64,000 bases of DNA from Amphiscolops sp. MND2022. Lineage: Eukaryota. How positions within the stretch are numbered: position 1 is the first letter of the stretch; every line of letters begins with the position of its first letter. The notes beneath the pieces are model-generated. The model did no database searches, was not told the origin of the DNA, and worked only from the letters and a program-made list of their open reading frames with translations. Made by a program: the position numbers and the translations under genes. The stretch lies in NCBI GenBank assembly GCA_964187785.1, contig OZ076413.1, forward strand, positions 49,106,001 to 49,170,000. The letters run 5' to 3'. This document shows positions 36,048 to 50,300 of this stretch, piece by piece.

Positions 36048-37050
36048 TTTTGTCGGAGCATTCCACTGGAATATAAGCACGACCATCACAGTAGCAAGTT
36101 TTTTTTCGTCAGATAACAGATTATATTGTATGCGTAGTGGACAGTTTCTACAGAAACTACTAAACTGGACCGGCCAAGACCGGTTAGCAAAAACACATCT
36201 AAGTTCGTGCAATGGCCCCCTTTTGTTAACGTTACATACAAAACCGGACAAGACTAAAGGGTCCTTTTTGATTTGTTTCGTTATTGAGAATTTTCGAAAT
36301 TTTTCAAATGTCTCCAATACTTCCCACTTCATTTTTGTTGGATGTTAAAAAGCTTAAAGGGTTCCCCTCTTCACATTTTTCAGGACTACGAGACTGTTTT
36401 AAACTTTTCATTTTCCGTCTAGTATTAGGTTTTCTCAATATATATTCATCAAAAAACGTTTTTTTTAATACGATCCGAATTTTTGAGTTATATTCGACGA
36501 AAGTCATGTTCCACTAAAGAGGTCGAGGTTCTGAATTTATCCAATTTTTTGACGCTATTTCCGAATTACTTTGCGTTCTACTAAGGAGAGGCGGAGGTTC
36601 GAAATAAGCGCTCCCATTTGTGCCGGCACGTAATATCCGAACGTTTGACGTCACATCCGTAGTAAATTGCGGTTTACTATGGAGGAAGCAGAGGATCGAA
36701 AATATTGCCCTATATCCAAATTTTGACATTACTTTCGAAGTAAATTGCGTTTTACGAAGGAGGAAGCAAAGTTTCAAAAACATTGCCCTATAGCCGCATT
36801 ATGATGTCATATCTGAAGTAAACTGTGTTTTACTTAGGAGGAGGCCGATTTTCGAAAAAAAAACGCACCCATATGGCCCAGCACGCTACCCAATTTTTGA
36901 AGCGTTTCCGAGCACGAAAGACACCCTTAGAGTGTTTCGACACTTTTTGCTAGTTCGTCATAAAGATGAAAATGTCCTGAGCATATTTTTAATATTTTGC
37001 GCTTTTTGAGCCTCAAGTTTAGCGCTGACTTGAGACGTTCCCGTCGTGTT
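36048..37050 (+). mobile_element. Diverged HINE family 3 copy with internal short tandem repeats
   Basis: TTTTGTCGGAGC start and GCGCTGACTTGAGACGTTCCCGTCGTGTT end. Confidence 0.55.
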
Positions 37051-37829
37051 TAAATATAATGCTATCGAGGCTTAGCGTAGCGTATTTCGTTTCAAAATCT
37101 TCACTATGTTGAAACGATTTCACGTTTGCAATGGTAGACGAGTCGCTCTCTTCTTTTTCCCGACTCTGTGCAATTTTTTGAAACAAATTTTGTCCAATTC
37201 TACACCTAAGTTAGGCAATGATCTTAAAAACCTCCATGAACTGCGACAGGCTTTTTAAATTCAAAGTTTAAATAATCAAAACTGAAAAAGATCAAAAGGC
37301 CCCTAAGGTTTTTTCAGCGCAGTGCGATTTTTTGAAGTTTACCCGTCACTAGAGGGTTTCAATTTTGAAAACGTTTATCCAACTGAAGACATTCACGGAC
37401 ACGGTAGAAAACAGAAAAGAGGGGAAAAAGTGAGAATGAAACTATTAAGATTTCAACAACTTTAGACTAGATAGAAAGATATTCCTAATTTCTAATAACA
37501 CTATCCTATATTTACCAAATCAAAATTCTGATGTCACTAATCAGTCATGTTATTATTTTGACGATAAAACCAGGCAGAGCTTTTATTTGAAAACAATCTA
37601 AACAGCCAATCAACGTGCTTTACCTGTCACATTTTGTTGTCTGCTTAATTTCATAGCAAATTGTGAATGAGACTATGAAATAAAGCAGGTAATCAAAGCA
37701 GTTTTGTATTCACATCTTTCCTCATCATTTCATCCTTTTAAAATTCCCTTAATTGTCCTCAGTTTCATTTTCTCCATTTGTGTTGACGTGGAACTCTCGA
37801 ATTGAATTAAAACAGTAGCGGGGACAATT

Positions 37830-40070
37830 GTGAATTGATGATGAAATTAGAATGTTGAAGTACTGTCTTTTCGACTAAGGCTAAATGCAATGAGGCGTAG
37901 CAAATGTTAAGTTTAGACAATTGGTACTGTTACTTATTTACAAATAATTACTGCTTCAATTCATCAATCTCTACATTCCCCCTTTTTGGCCATAACGCAC
38001 AGTAATTATCACTTGATAATATAAACTCAAATTAAAATCAGCTTATTAGTTAGTAGCTAGCACACACAATTAAAGTTGTTTTAAATGTTTTTGGGGTTTA
38101 GCAGTTTTCCCCATTAGGTTTTCCTACGGCCTCCTGCCGGCTTGCCGGATCCTTCGCGATCAGGTCAAATCCATATCTCTTTGGGGGACATGTTTCCTTT
38201 CGGACGCTCTGGTAGGTCCTCTTCTTTTTATTTGCCACGCTGTTGTGGCTTTGACGGGAATAGCTGCATTCTCAGGGTAGCTGCTCGCTTTTGGGCGCTT
38301 ACTTCAGTTTTGTACGTGATTTTTTTTCATTGTGGTCCTCGCCGGTCCCGCAGTTTCTTGAGGTACAGTTTCTATTACTGTAGTGTTGGACGAGATGTCA
38401 ATGATGGAGGGGCGCGGTTCTTCATCTAGATCGAGAACCAATTCTGTGGTTTTTGCTTTTTCTCACTTTTTTGCCTTTTCCTTCTTGGCAGCTGGTTGCT
38501 CTGTTTCACTCAAGCTGGACGTCTCGTATATTCTGGCTCTTCTTCCCATTTTCTTAAACGTCTCCATTTGCTCTCTTGACGCTCATGCAATATCTCTTTT
38601 GGAGAACACTTTTACACGCTTTGCTTTTTCCGGTATTATTGCGATTGTGTGCTCTGTCTCCTGTACCACTTTTCAAGTTTTTCTGGCTAGGCTGTTTCCA
38701 GTTTTGAACCCTTGGTTCTCTCAAGGACCAGTATTGCCTCGTCAGTCTCGTCTTGGAAGTCTGAGGGTTGGAATTCCACGTGTGATTCTTGCGCTGAAAA
38801 ATCCCAAAATTTTTCCACTAAGTTGGATTTTACCGTGTTTGGCTCCTTTCCCATAGGTCTCTCAAACGGTGATTTCCCGTCATTTTCTTACTTAATCTGA
38901 GCGAGTACAAAATTTCGGACAATCCGGACTTATCCTTACTTAGGATAATTTGCTTATTCATTCGAAGTCGCTCGTTAATCGTTCTAATCAGCTGCTCAAT
39001 TTTTCCATTACCCCTATGGTCTTTATTGGGACAGGTTATATGTTTTATTCGAAAATGTTCGCAAAACTGGGTAAATGCTTCTCTTACAAATACTGTACCT
39101 AGATCCGTGTGTATTTTCTCTGGTACTACGTACTGTGCGATATACTCTTTTAAAAACTCGATAGCTTTTTTCGTTGTCGGGTGGTGTAAAAATTTCACAT
39201 CTGGCCAACCCGAAAAATAGTCTTCTGATACTAATAAGTACTTTTTTCCTTTTTTGCATTTTGAAACAGTCCCGCAAAATCTAGGTCCACCTCTTCGTTT
39301 TGTTCTTTCGCTTCCGGTATTTTCCCTTTGTTTTGTTGGAACATGTGTTTTAAGTCCTTACCTGATTCAAGGCACTGTTCGCGCAATCGTGCCTGGTCGA
39401 TCACCTCCCGGTGAATGCGGCGCCACCAGATGTCCTCCGTCATTGCAAGCATTGCGTCTCCGCCCGGATGGCGGTAATGGATTGAGCACTTTATAATTGG
39501 CCTCATTGATTGCGATATGACCAAGCGGTTATCCATATATAAGAATTCACGATCGTTAAGCGAAAAGGCTAGAAAATTTTTTCGCCACGGGGACGGCAGA
39601 CCGGTAACTCCTGTTTTATTGTAATTTTTTCACTCAGCAAAGATCTCGTTGATATAACTTATCGGCGCTGTAATTAGCCGGCAAAAGCTTTTCTTTCAGT
39701 AATTTCATTGACGGACTTCAGCTCATCTTGCGAATTTGCGCGGTTTTACTATAATGACACTTACTTGTTTCCCGCGAATTAAGTTCGTCCTGCGTTTTGA
39801 TTGGCTGTCGTCGATTTGCTTGATTCATGCGGTTGACAGCGATAGCTCAATTCGCACTTTCCGCCGGCCGACTTTTCTCGCTGCTTGCTTCACTGTTGTC
39901 TAAGACATCATTTAGGCTAATTACGCTATTTATAGTGAACCTTTCATTCCACAGGGTTTCTGCTTTTACAGATGATCCTTGTAGGTCTGTGGGATGTCTT
40001 GACAGATAATCTGCCATTCCTCACGTTCTTCCTGCCACGTGTACTACTTCGAAATCAAATGGGAGTAATT
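37830..40070 (-). mobile_element. Decayed gypsy 3' fragment (RNase H end, integrase, PPT, LTR)
   Basis: ADYLSRHP (~39990-40020), HYRHPG, LDFAG, HTDLGTVF, HRGNGKIEQLIRT. PPT AAAAAGGGGGAA followed by TGTAGAG at ~37976. The LTR far end is uncertain. Confidence 0.75.
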
Positions 40071-40275
40071 AGTTTTCTCTTTCCGTTTAGGTGTACCAAC
40101 AACGCAAATAAAACTAATGTGGAGACAGATCGTGTTGAACTAGGACGAGACGTCGACACCAAAATATCTCATATTACGCATCTGCCGAGCATCAACATTC
40201 TTTAACTGAGCCGCCCAATTGTCCGTTCCACCGTGGGCGTAAAGCGTAATAATGAGCGTCTGGTTTACTCCTCTT

Positions 40276-40812
40276 TTTAGTCGGCGCCTTTTCCCTTAAG
40301 GAAAAAAGCCCGACTATTACAGTGGGTAGTTTTTTTTTCTTTTTCAGCCTACAATCTCACTCTGAATGGTCCACTTTTTACAATTTGTTCATCTGTTCTG
40401 TTGTTCATCTTCGACTAAATTTCTGAAGCCGGAGAGCGGGGGTTCGATTCTCGCACTAAACCATAATATTTTTATGCTTCCAAAAGTACATCAGGTGAGA
40501 CCAAAGGGTCCCCCCTTTGAGTTTTTTTCGGCACTATGCGACTTTTTTTTCGAAAATTTTCGGATTCTATCAAAGGGTAACCCCTTGCATTTTTTTGTAG
40601 TTTTTGGTTTGTAAAAACGTTTAATGAGCCTGAATGGCCTCTTTTTGAGTTTTTCGGCATTGTGCGACTTTCTAAAAAAATACTCTTTTTTCGAAAAAAA
40701 ATTTTCAAAAAATTTTTTTTGAAAATAATTTTTCCAAATGTTTCCAATAGTTGTTCTTTGAATATTTTCGAGCCTTAGATATGGCGCCGACTTGAGACGA
40801 TCCCGTCTTGTT
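40276..40812 (+). mobile_element. HINE family 3 copy
   Basis: TTTTAGTCGGCGCC ... GGCGCCGACTTGAGACGATCCCGTCTTGTT, with an internal GGTTCGATTCT B-box. Confidence 0.8.
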
Positions 40813-41599
40813 TGACTTCGAGTTCAATGACTGTTTTATAAGCTGACCAGGTCGCTTTTGAAGGTGGACTCTGCTTCTGGTGGTCGCTTTTGAAGGTGTT
40901 TGTTCAAAAAAGTTTTCAACCTCCCCCAAAGTTTATATTTTTATATTTCGACCATTTCATGCAATTTTTGAGCGAACATTTTAATACTTAGCTTACTTTT
41001 AAACAGAAATCTAAATTTTTTTGTTCTGGAAATGCTTCAAAATTCCTGAAAATAAAACAGATAATTTTGACAATTTCTCGACTTTTGATTTATAATTTTT
41101 GATGTTTCTGTGGGTCCTAATGAATATCCACGCAGTTCAATAACACATCATTTGACTACTTGCTTCCATAAATTCAAAGTTTACTCCAAAAAGCCTTCAA
41201 AGCTGCACAAAAGACCCTTTTCATTTTCCACCCTCAGAAATTTATTATTCATCTGTGAAAGAAAATCATCATCTGTGTTGAAAGTTTGAAATTTCTCTTT
41301 TTGAACGCTTATATAATCCAACATATATATCTTAAAAACTAAAATAAAACAATCAAGCAGGACAGAAAAGGAGCATTATCAGCTCTTCGAGTTTCTGCCC
41401 TGAACATGAAATTCAAGCCAACTCATACTGATTTAATTGTTTTCCGCAATCTCTTATTATTACACAGTAAAATGTTCATTTTTCGTTCAAACAATATGTA
41501 TGAACCAGCTGCATTTCAGGAATTGCGACAGATGTTTTCTTTGGGAAAACTAAGCAAAAAAGGTCATTACTACTACCAGTAATTTATTGCATATTCAAG

Positions 41600-44300
41600 T
41601 TTTTCAGGTAGGTTTTGATTTGTATTTGAGACATGGTTTCGATATCATCAGGTATTGACCTCGTTTGCAAAAACCGTATATCCCTTTTGATTAATGTATG
41701 TTCAACTGACTTTGATAAACTTTTTGTTCGGCTCTAGGGCATTGGCAAAAATTCTTTTTCCGATCATCGCCTTTTTAAATTACTATTCAGCAACGAGTGT
41801 CGAAAGGTTCGATGTACCATTACAATTCAGCTGAATGAAGACTTCTGGATATACCTCGGAAATAAACATGTCGAAAACTGTTTTCAGAGCGGTTTGGTGC
41901 AGATTATCTTGTGAAATGTCTAACTTTTTGTTGAACAAAATACTTCTGATAATTCGCCTCTGAGCCATTTCAATTTTTTCAAGGTTTGTTTTCGCCGCTC
42001 TCCAATAAACCAAAGAACCAGAGAAAAATACAGACCTTGCATACGCAAAATAGAACAACAGTAGACGTTTAATTGTATAAATTGCCTGAACTCTACAGAT
42101 CAGACCACAAAATTTGTTAAAGTTTTCCACAACGTGAGCAGTAAGATTCCTAATTGTTTACTTCGAGTCAATAAACACACTCAAATACAGCATGTTGTTC
42201 GTGGAATGGCTTCATTTTGAACAGTCAGCGTATTTTGGGTTTTGCTACCGAATGACATGACTTTACATTTCGAGGTGTTGAGAGGCAACTTGGTATCATT
42301 GACCCGGTAACAATTTTTATCATTCTGGATGTTGCATTTCATTTTTCCAGACTTTATGATGGATTAGGCATCTGCGAATAGTGCAATTTTGTTTTCATTT
42401 TGGAAGGTCTGTTGCAATTCTTTTATGTATACCAGGAACAAGAATGGACCGCGAACTGATCCTTGTGGTACTCCGGTAGTTTTTTAACGAAATTTATTCC
42501 GATTGTCGTTATCTGTATTGAAGATAGTCAACTAATATTTTGTATATAGGTCCAATGGATCCAAATTTACTCAGTTTTAGTAAAAGTATAATTTGATCGA
42601 ATGAAACAAACGTTTTCTGTAGATCGAAAAAACATAACTTTCCGCATGATTTTTTAAATCAATACCACCTCTATTGAAGTCAGTGATTTCAGCAATGGCA
42701 TGGGTGTGTAATGATTTTCCCTGAAACTATACTGCACTGGGATAAAGGGATTGTTTTTGTTGAAAATTGCATCATTCGCTTCCACAGAGGTTCCTCGGAA
42801 ATTTGCTAAGGGAGCTCAGAAGAGGAATAGGTCGATAGTTACTACTTGGTAGCCTTTCATCACCCTTTTCGAATAAAGGTTTGTCAAAACGCCTTCGGCG
42901 TTTCGCATTTTTACGTAATGTCACCATGTTCCTTTGTTTTCTAAAATTAGTTGTAATTTGCTCAGTTGGATAATTTATCGATTATTGAAACGTTTTTTTT
43001 TCGTTTTTTGGTTTCGTTCTTCAGTTTGTTCAGTCAATGGATGTTTTTTCATTGTTGATTCTTTTCTTCAAGGAAATTCTCTACTTAACGCATATGCGTC
43101 TGTGCTAATGTTTCGAGGTCAATTTGTTTGAAAAATTCTGAGTGTTTGATCTGGAAGGAACAAGAAAATCATAGTACTTTCACTCTTTTTTTGTGCAAGT
43201 CCTGATAAGTTTGTATCGTTTCACTGTTCTGAGATTTTTTCACGATATTAGCAGAGATTGCTCCTAAGAATAATGATAACTGATTGTTCTCTCGATAGTG
43301 TCAGTGTTCATTTGATACCTCGTCCAGATATGGTCGATGTTGGAGTTACCCTAGTAGGTTCAAATTTTTGTCGATTGAAATCCTATGCTAAACGTGATGA
43401 TAAATTCCACTTTTCCGGCATATTTGTCGTAATGAAAGTAAATTCCCAAAATCAGATATTCCTTTCGTGTCTTTAATTGTGTCATTGTTGAAGTCACCGC
43501 ACACAATAGTATCAAACGTTTTTCAAATTCCGTAAAACTCGAGTACAAGTTCGAACGCTTGAAAGACAAAATGGATGCTCAGACTAGGTGGTCTGTATAT
43601 AACTCAAAACTTTCTGATATTTTTGTAACAATGTTTCCTTGCATGGTCAGCCATTCAATTTTACTCTGAATTTCAAAAACCTAATGAATAAAATTGTCTT
43701 GGACATAAAAAGCAAAAATTCCGCGTTCCTGACTTGAGGTTCTTGGCTTCTGTTCAATTAATTCATAGTTTTCAGTTATAATTGTTTTCAAGATTGTCAT
43801 TCTCGGTTAACCACAATTCTGTAACCGCTATTATCGTTGAGTTTTTCTCGTAGCCTCCTAGTTCAATTTATGTTCATCACTATAACATCGTAGCGATTGA
43901 TTACTTGTACACATTAGACAAGGACATTTTATAGTACTGAGTTTCGCCATTGTTTGGTTCTCTTCATTCAAGATGAATACAAAGGAAAGGTTTAGCTTGG
44001 GTAGAAGGAGCAAGTAAGTACCAATATTACAGAACAATGCCTCGCTCATTCTAATTATTTTTTTGTTCAACCTTCAATGCCGTTGTCAGATGATAGTGAA
44101 AAACGTTGTTTAGTGTACACTGTTGATTTAATTGCAGCGATTCCACGTAATCCAACAGTTTCATTTCATCGTGTTATAGAACTTCAAGCTGCTGAATGAC
44201 AGTGGTATCTGCAAGTGGTGACAGATCCGGATGGGGGCATTAATTTGCAGGCACTTTCGTACTGGACGTATCATATGTTTTTCTAGATGCTTAAGGTAAT
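41600..44300 (-). pseudogene. Decayed APE-RT non-LTR retrotransposon (CR1/L2/Jockey-like LINE)
   Basis: Minus-strand remnants AVTELWL and NIDHIW (endonuclease); NYRPIPLLS, GVPQGSVRGPFLFLVY and LFAD (RT); AQRRIIRSI (C-terminal). Confidence 0.85.
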
Positions 44301-47300
44301 GCATTGCGAGTATCTGTGTTGCGTTTTTTCTTTAAAGTTTTGCCAAAAGTCCACTTATTGATATCATCTATATAGATACTGTAGTTGGCCCTGTTAGTAG
44401 TGTTTCCGCTTGCAAGTCAGTAGGTCGTGGTTTTGAAACCAGGCTGAAGCATGAAAGTTTTTTGCAATGCCGTTTGACGAAAAATCTCCGGATGCTTAGT
44501 CGTCATAATGTTGAATTTTGAACGTTGTCGTCAGTTTTTCTAAAATTTTTTTGGATGTTTCAGCAGCGTGTAAAGATCCAGAAAGTTGAATCGAAACACT
44601 GAAAAACAAATCGAAGAATCTTGAAACGCTAAATATGTTTTTGCTTGGAGAAATGCTTCGGCGGACTGTTTTCTGCAGTTTCCGATAATTTTTGCCTAGA
44701 ATGTGTGCGATCTTTTTTCAAGAGAAAAGATAACAATTGTGAATTGGAACGAACAAAAACTCGTCAGCTGTGGCTTGATCAGCGTGCCTATATGCCACTG
44801 CTGATCACGCTACCAACCAAGTTATCACGTACTGAAATTCAAAGTCTTGGAATACCGGATCTTCATTAATTCAAAGAACGATTGTGTAGTAGCTAGTGCG
44901 AAAAACAACAATGTAGTTGTAAATAATTTTCTTGTTAGCTTCGCAAGTCATCTATTTTCTTGACACTGTTTCCAAGAATCTTGGTAAGAAATTCAAGTGG
45001 TTTATGTGAAGCAAGGATTTACAAGATCTTATCACGAATTTCCAGAGTAAACGGGGTAAAGTAAGAATCTACAAGATCTTGGCAGGAGTTTCTAAGATTT
45101 TTATACTTCGAAGGTTTTATTTGTGTTTTTTGTCGGCGCTTTATTTAAGAAAAGAGCCCGACTATTACAGTCATCCGTTTTTTTTCTTTTTTTAGGACAG
45201 ACTCGAAGCGACGAACGTCAACGTTCAGTATCTTCAACTAAACGAATACCCCGAAACGCATCTAAATTATTCCAAAGGGCCCCCTTTAGTTTTTTACTTT
45301 TTGTTTAGATATTCAAGGAAACCCACAAAACCGGACGTGGCTAAAGGGTCCCCCCTTTGGATTTTTTTCGGCACTGTGCGACTTTTTTTGAAATTTTTTT
45401 AATGTCTCCAAAGGGTCCCCCTTTCGAGGTTTTTGATATTTTGCAAGGGAATGTGTGTTAATAAATCCAAAAGGGTCCCCCTTTTACAATTTCCGGCACT
45501 ATGCGACTTTTTTTGAAAGAAAAAATTTTTTCAAAAAGTTCAAGTTTTCCAAAAAATTGTTTTGCGCTTTTTGAGCCTTAGATATGGCGCCGACTTGAGA
45601 CGTTCTCGTCTTGTTAGTAGGGTTACAGGTCCTAATGCCTGAGCACCAATTGGTCGTCTGAGTGAATTTCGAAACAGTTTTTTTTGCATTTGAGAACTTT
45701 CTGCCAATTGATCATAAATTGTACTTGCGCAATAATCTTTTCGGTTTTGTTGTTCCACAACCACTAAGTCGTTAAAAATGGACTTTTAGTGATGTCGACT
45801 GATAGAAAAAGTTATGCAATAGAAGGAGTTATGCAAAAGTGTATCTGTAAACAAAGATTGCCGACTGTAATTTTTTGGTGACTAGTTTTTTCTCGGGAGC
45901 AAAAAGCTCACTTCCTATGATTTACTTTTCACAAACTGTGTGCACAAGATCTATCGAACAGTCTAAGAACTTGTTGCGATCTCTCACGTAATACCTGATG
46001 TAGCTGACGATGGAACCGTAGTGCAACCTTCAGCAAACAGAAAACCTTCAGCTTTACATTTCGAGGTGTTGAGAGGCAACTTGATATCATTTTGGATGTT
46101 GCATTTCATTTTTCCAGACTTTATGATGTATTAGGCATCTGCGAATAGTGCAATTTTGTTATCATTTTGGAAGGTCTGTTGCAATTCCTTTATGTATACC
46201 AGGAACAAGGATGGACCGCGAACTGATCCTTGTGGTACTCCGGTAGTTTTTTAACGGACTTTATTCCGATTGCCGTTATCTGTATTGAAGATAGTCATCT
46301 AATATTTTGTATATAGGTCCAATGGATCCATATTTACTCAGTTTTAGTAAAAGTATACTTTGATCAAATGAAACAAACGTTTTCTGTAGATCGAAAAAAA
46401 AACATGACTTTTCGCATGATTTTTTAAATCAATACCACCTCTATTGAAGTCAGTGATTTCAGCAATGGCATGGGTGCTTAATGATTTTTCCTGAAACTAT
46501 ACTGCACTGAGATGAAGGGATTGTTTTTGTTGAAAATTTCATCATTCGTTTCCACAGAGGTTCCTCGGAAATTTTGCTAAGGGAGCTCAGAAGAGGAATA
46601 GGTCGATAGTTACTTGGTAGCCTTTCATCATCCTTTTCGAATAAAGGTTTGTCAAAACGCCTTCGGCGTTTCGAATTTTACGGAATGTCACCATGTTCTT
46701 TTGTTTTCTGAAATTAGATATAATTTCCTCAGTTGGATAATTTATCAATTATTTAAACATTTTTTTTCGCTTTTTGGTTTCGTTCTTCAGTTTGTTCAAT
46801 CATTGGATGTTTTTTCATTGTTGATTCTTTTCTTCAAGGAAATTATCTACTTAACGCATATGCGTCTGTGCTAATGTTTCGAGGTCAATTTGTTAGAAAA
46901 AGTCAAGCTTTCTGAGTGTTTGATCTGGAAGGAACAAGAAAATCATAGTACTTTCACTCTTTTTTTGCGCAAGTCCTGATAAGTTTGTATCGTTTCACTA
47001 TTCTTAGATTTTTTCACGATATTAGCAGAGATTGCTCCTAAGAATAATGATAACTGATTGTTCTTTCGATAGTGTCAGTGTTCATTCCTCGTCCAGATAT
47101 GGTCGGTGTTGGAGTTACTCTAGTAGGTTCAAAATTTTGTCGATTGAAATCCCATGCTAAACGTGATTATAAATTCCACTTTTCCGGCATCTTTGTCGTA
47201 ATGAAAGTAAATTCCCATAATCAGATTTTCCTTCCGTGTCTTTAATTGTGTCATTGTTGAAGTCACCGCACACAATTGTATCAAACGTTTTTCAAATTCC

Positions 47301-50300
47301 GTAAAACTCGAGTACAATTTCGAACGCTTGAAAGACAAAATGGATAATCAGACTATGTGGTCTGTATATAACTCAAAACTTTCTGATATTTTTGTAACAA
47401 TGTTTGCTTGCGTGGTCAGCCATTCAAGTTCACTCTGAGTTTCAAAAACCTAATGATTAAAATCGTCTTGGACATAAAAAGCAAAAACTCCGCGTTCCTG
47501 ACTTGAGGTTCTTGGTTCTGTTCAATTAGTTCATAGTTTTCAGTTAAAATTGTTTTCAAGATTGTCATTCTCGGTTAACCACAATTCTGTAACCGCTATT
47601 AACGTTGATTTTTTTCGTAGCCTCCTAGTTCAATTCATGTTCATCACTATAACATCGTAGCGATTGATTACTTGTACACATTAGACAAGAACATTTTATA
47701 GTACTGAGTTTCGCAATTGTTTGGCTCTCTTCATTCAAGATGAATACAAAGAAAAGGTTTAGTTTGGGTAGAAGGAGCAAGTAAGTACCAAAATTACAGA
47801 ACAATGCCTCACTCATCCTAATTATTTTTATGTTCAACCTTCAATGCTGTTGTCAGTTGATAGTGAAAAACGTTGTTTAGTGTACACTGTTGATTTGTTT
47901 GCAGCGATTCCACGTAATCCATCAGTTTCATTTCATCGTGTTATAGAACTTCAAGCTGCTGAATGGCACTAGTATCTGCAAGTGGTGACAGATCCGGATG
48001 GGGGCATTAATTTGCAGGCGCTTTCGTACTGGACGTAACTTTTGTTTTTCTAGATGCTTAAGGTAATGCATTGCGAGTATCTGTGTTGCGTTTTTTCTTT
48101 AAAGTTTTGCCAAAAGTCCACTTAGTGATATCATCTATTTAGATACTGTAGTTGGCCCTGTTAGTGGTGTTTCCGCTTGCCAGTCAGTAGGTCGTGGTTT
48201 TGAAACCAGGCTGAAGTATGAAAGTTTTTTGCAATGCCATTTAACGAAAAATCTCCGGATGCTTAGTCGTCATAATGTTGAATTTTGAACGTTGTCGTCA
48301 GTTTTTCAATTTTTTTTTGGATGTTTCAGCAGCGTGTAAAGATCCAGAAAGTTGAATTGAAACACTGAAAAACAAATCGAAGAATCTTGAAACGCTAAAC
48401 ATGCTTTTGCTTGGAGAAGTGCTTCGGCGGACTGTTTTCTGCAGTTTCCAATAAATTTTGCCTAGAATGTGTGCGATCTTTTTTCAAGAGAAAAGATACC
48501 AATTGTGAATGGGAAGGAACAAAAACGCGCCAGCTGTGGCTTGATCAGCGTGCCTATATGCCACTGCTGATCACGCTACCAACCAAGCTATCACGTCCTG
48601 AAATTCAACGTCTTGGTTTACCGGATCTTTATTAATTCAAAGAACGATAGTGTAGTAGCTAGTACGAAAAACAACAATGTAGTTGTAAATAAATTTCTTG
48701 GTATTTTCGCAAGTCATCTATTTTCTTGACACTGTTTCCAGGAATCTTGGTAAGAAATTCAAGTGGTTTACGTGAAGCAAGGATTTACAAGATCTTATCA
48801 CGAATTTCAAGAGTAAATGGGGTAAAGTAAGAATTTACAAGATCTTGGCAGGAGTTTCTTAGATTTTTATACTTCGAAGGTTTTATTCGTGTTTTTAGTC
48901 GGCGCTTTTTTTAAGAAAAGAGCCCGACTATTACAGTCACTCGTTTTTTTTCTTTCTTTCAAGACAGACTCGAAGCGACGAACGTTAACGTTCAGTATCT
49001 TCAACTAAACGAATACCCCGGAAACGCATCTAAGTTATTCCAAAGGGTCCCCTTTTCATTTACTTTTTCAAGGAAACCCACTAAACCGGACGTGGCTAAA
49101 GGGTCCCCTTTTTGGATTTTTTTCGGTACTGTGCAACATTTTTCGAAAATTTTTCAGTGTCCCCAAAGGGTCCGCAGGTCGTGGTTTTTGATATTTTGCA
49201 AGGGAATGTGTGTTAATAAATCCAGAAGGGTCCCCCTTTTACATTTATTGGCACTATGCGACTTTTTTTGAACGAAAATTTTTTTTCAAAAAGATCAAAT
49301 TTTTCCAATAAATTGTTTTGCGCTTTTTGAGCCTTAAATATGGCGCCGGCATATTTGTCGTAATGAAAGTAAATTCCGATAATCAGATTTTCTTTTCGTG
49401 TCTTTAATTGTGTGATTGTTGAAGTCACCGCACACAACTGTATCAAACGTTTTTCAAATTCCGTAAAACTCGAGTACACTTTCGAACGCTTGAAAGACAA
49501 AATGGATAATCAGACTATGTGGTCTGTATATAACTCAAAATTTTCTGATATTTTTGTAACAATGTTTGCTTGCGTGGTCAGCCATTCAATTTCACTCTGA
49601 GTTTCAAAAACATAATGAATAAAATCGTCTTGGACATAAAAAGCAAAAACTCTGCGTTCCTGACTTGATGTTCTTGGTTCTGTTCAATTAATTCATAGTT
49701 TTCAGTTATAATTGTTTTCAAGATTGTCATTCTCGGTTAACCACAATTCTGTAACCACTATTATCGTTGATTTTTTTTCGTAGCCTCCTAGTTCAATTCA
49801 TGTTCATCACTATAACATCGTAGCGATTGATTACTTGTACACATTAGACAAGGACATTTTATAGTACTGAGTTTCGCCATTGTTTGGTTCTCTTCATTCA
49901 AGATGAATACAAAGAAAAGGTTTAGTTTGGGTAGAAGGAGCAAGTAAGTACCAATATTACAGAACAATGCCTCGCTCATTCTAATTGTTTTTATGTTCAA
50001 CCTTCAATGCCGTTGTCAGATGATAGTGAAAGCCGTTGTTTAGTGTACACTGTTGATTTGATTGCAGCGATTCCACGTAATCCATCAGTTTCATTTCATC
50101 GTGTTATAGAACTTCAAGCTGCTGAATGGCAGTAGTATCTGCAAGTGGTGACAGATCCGGATGGGGACATTAATTTGCAGGCGCTTTCGTACTGGACATA
50201 TCATATGATTTTCTAGATGCTTAAGGTAATGCATTGCGAGTATCTGTGTTGCGTTTTTTCTTTAAAATTTTGCCAAAAGTCCACTTAGTGATATCATCTA

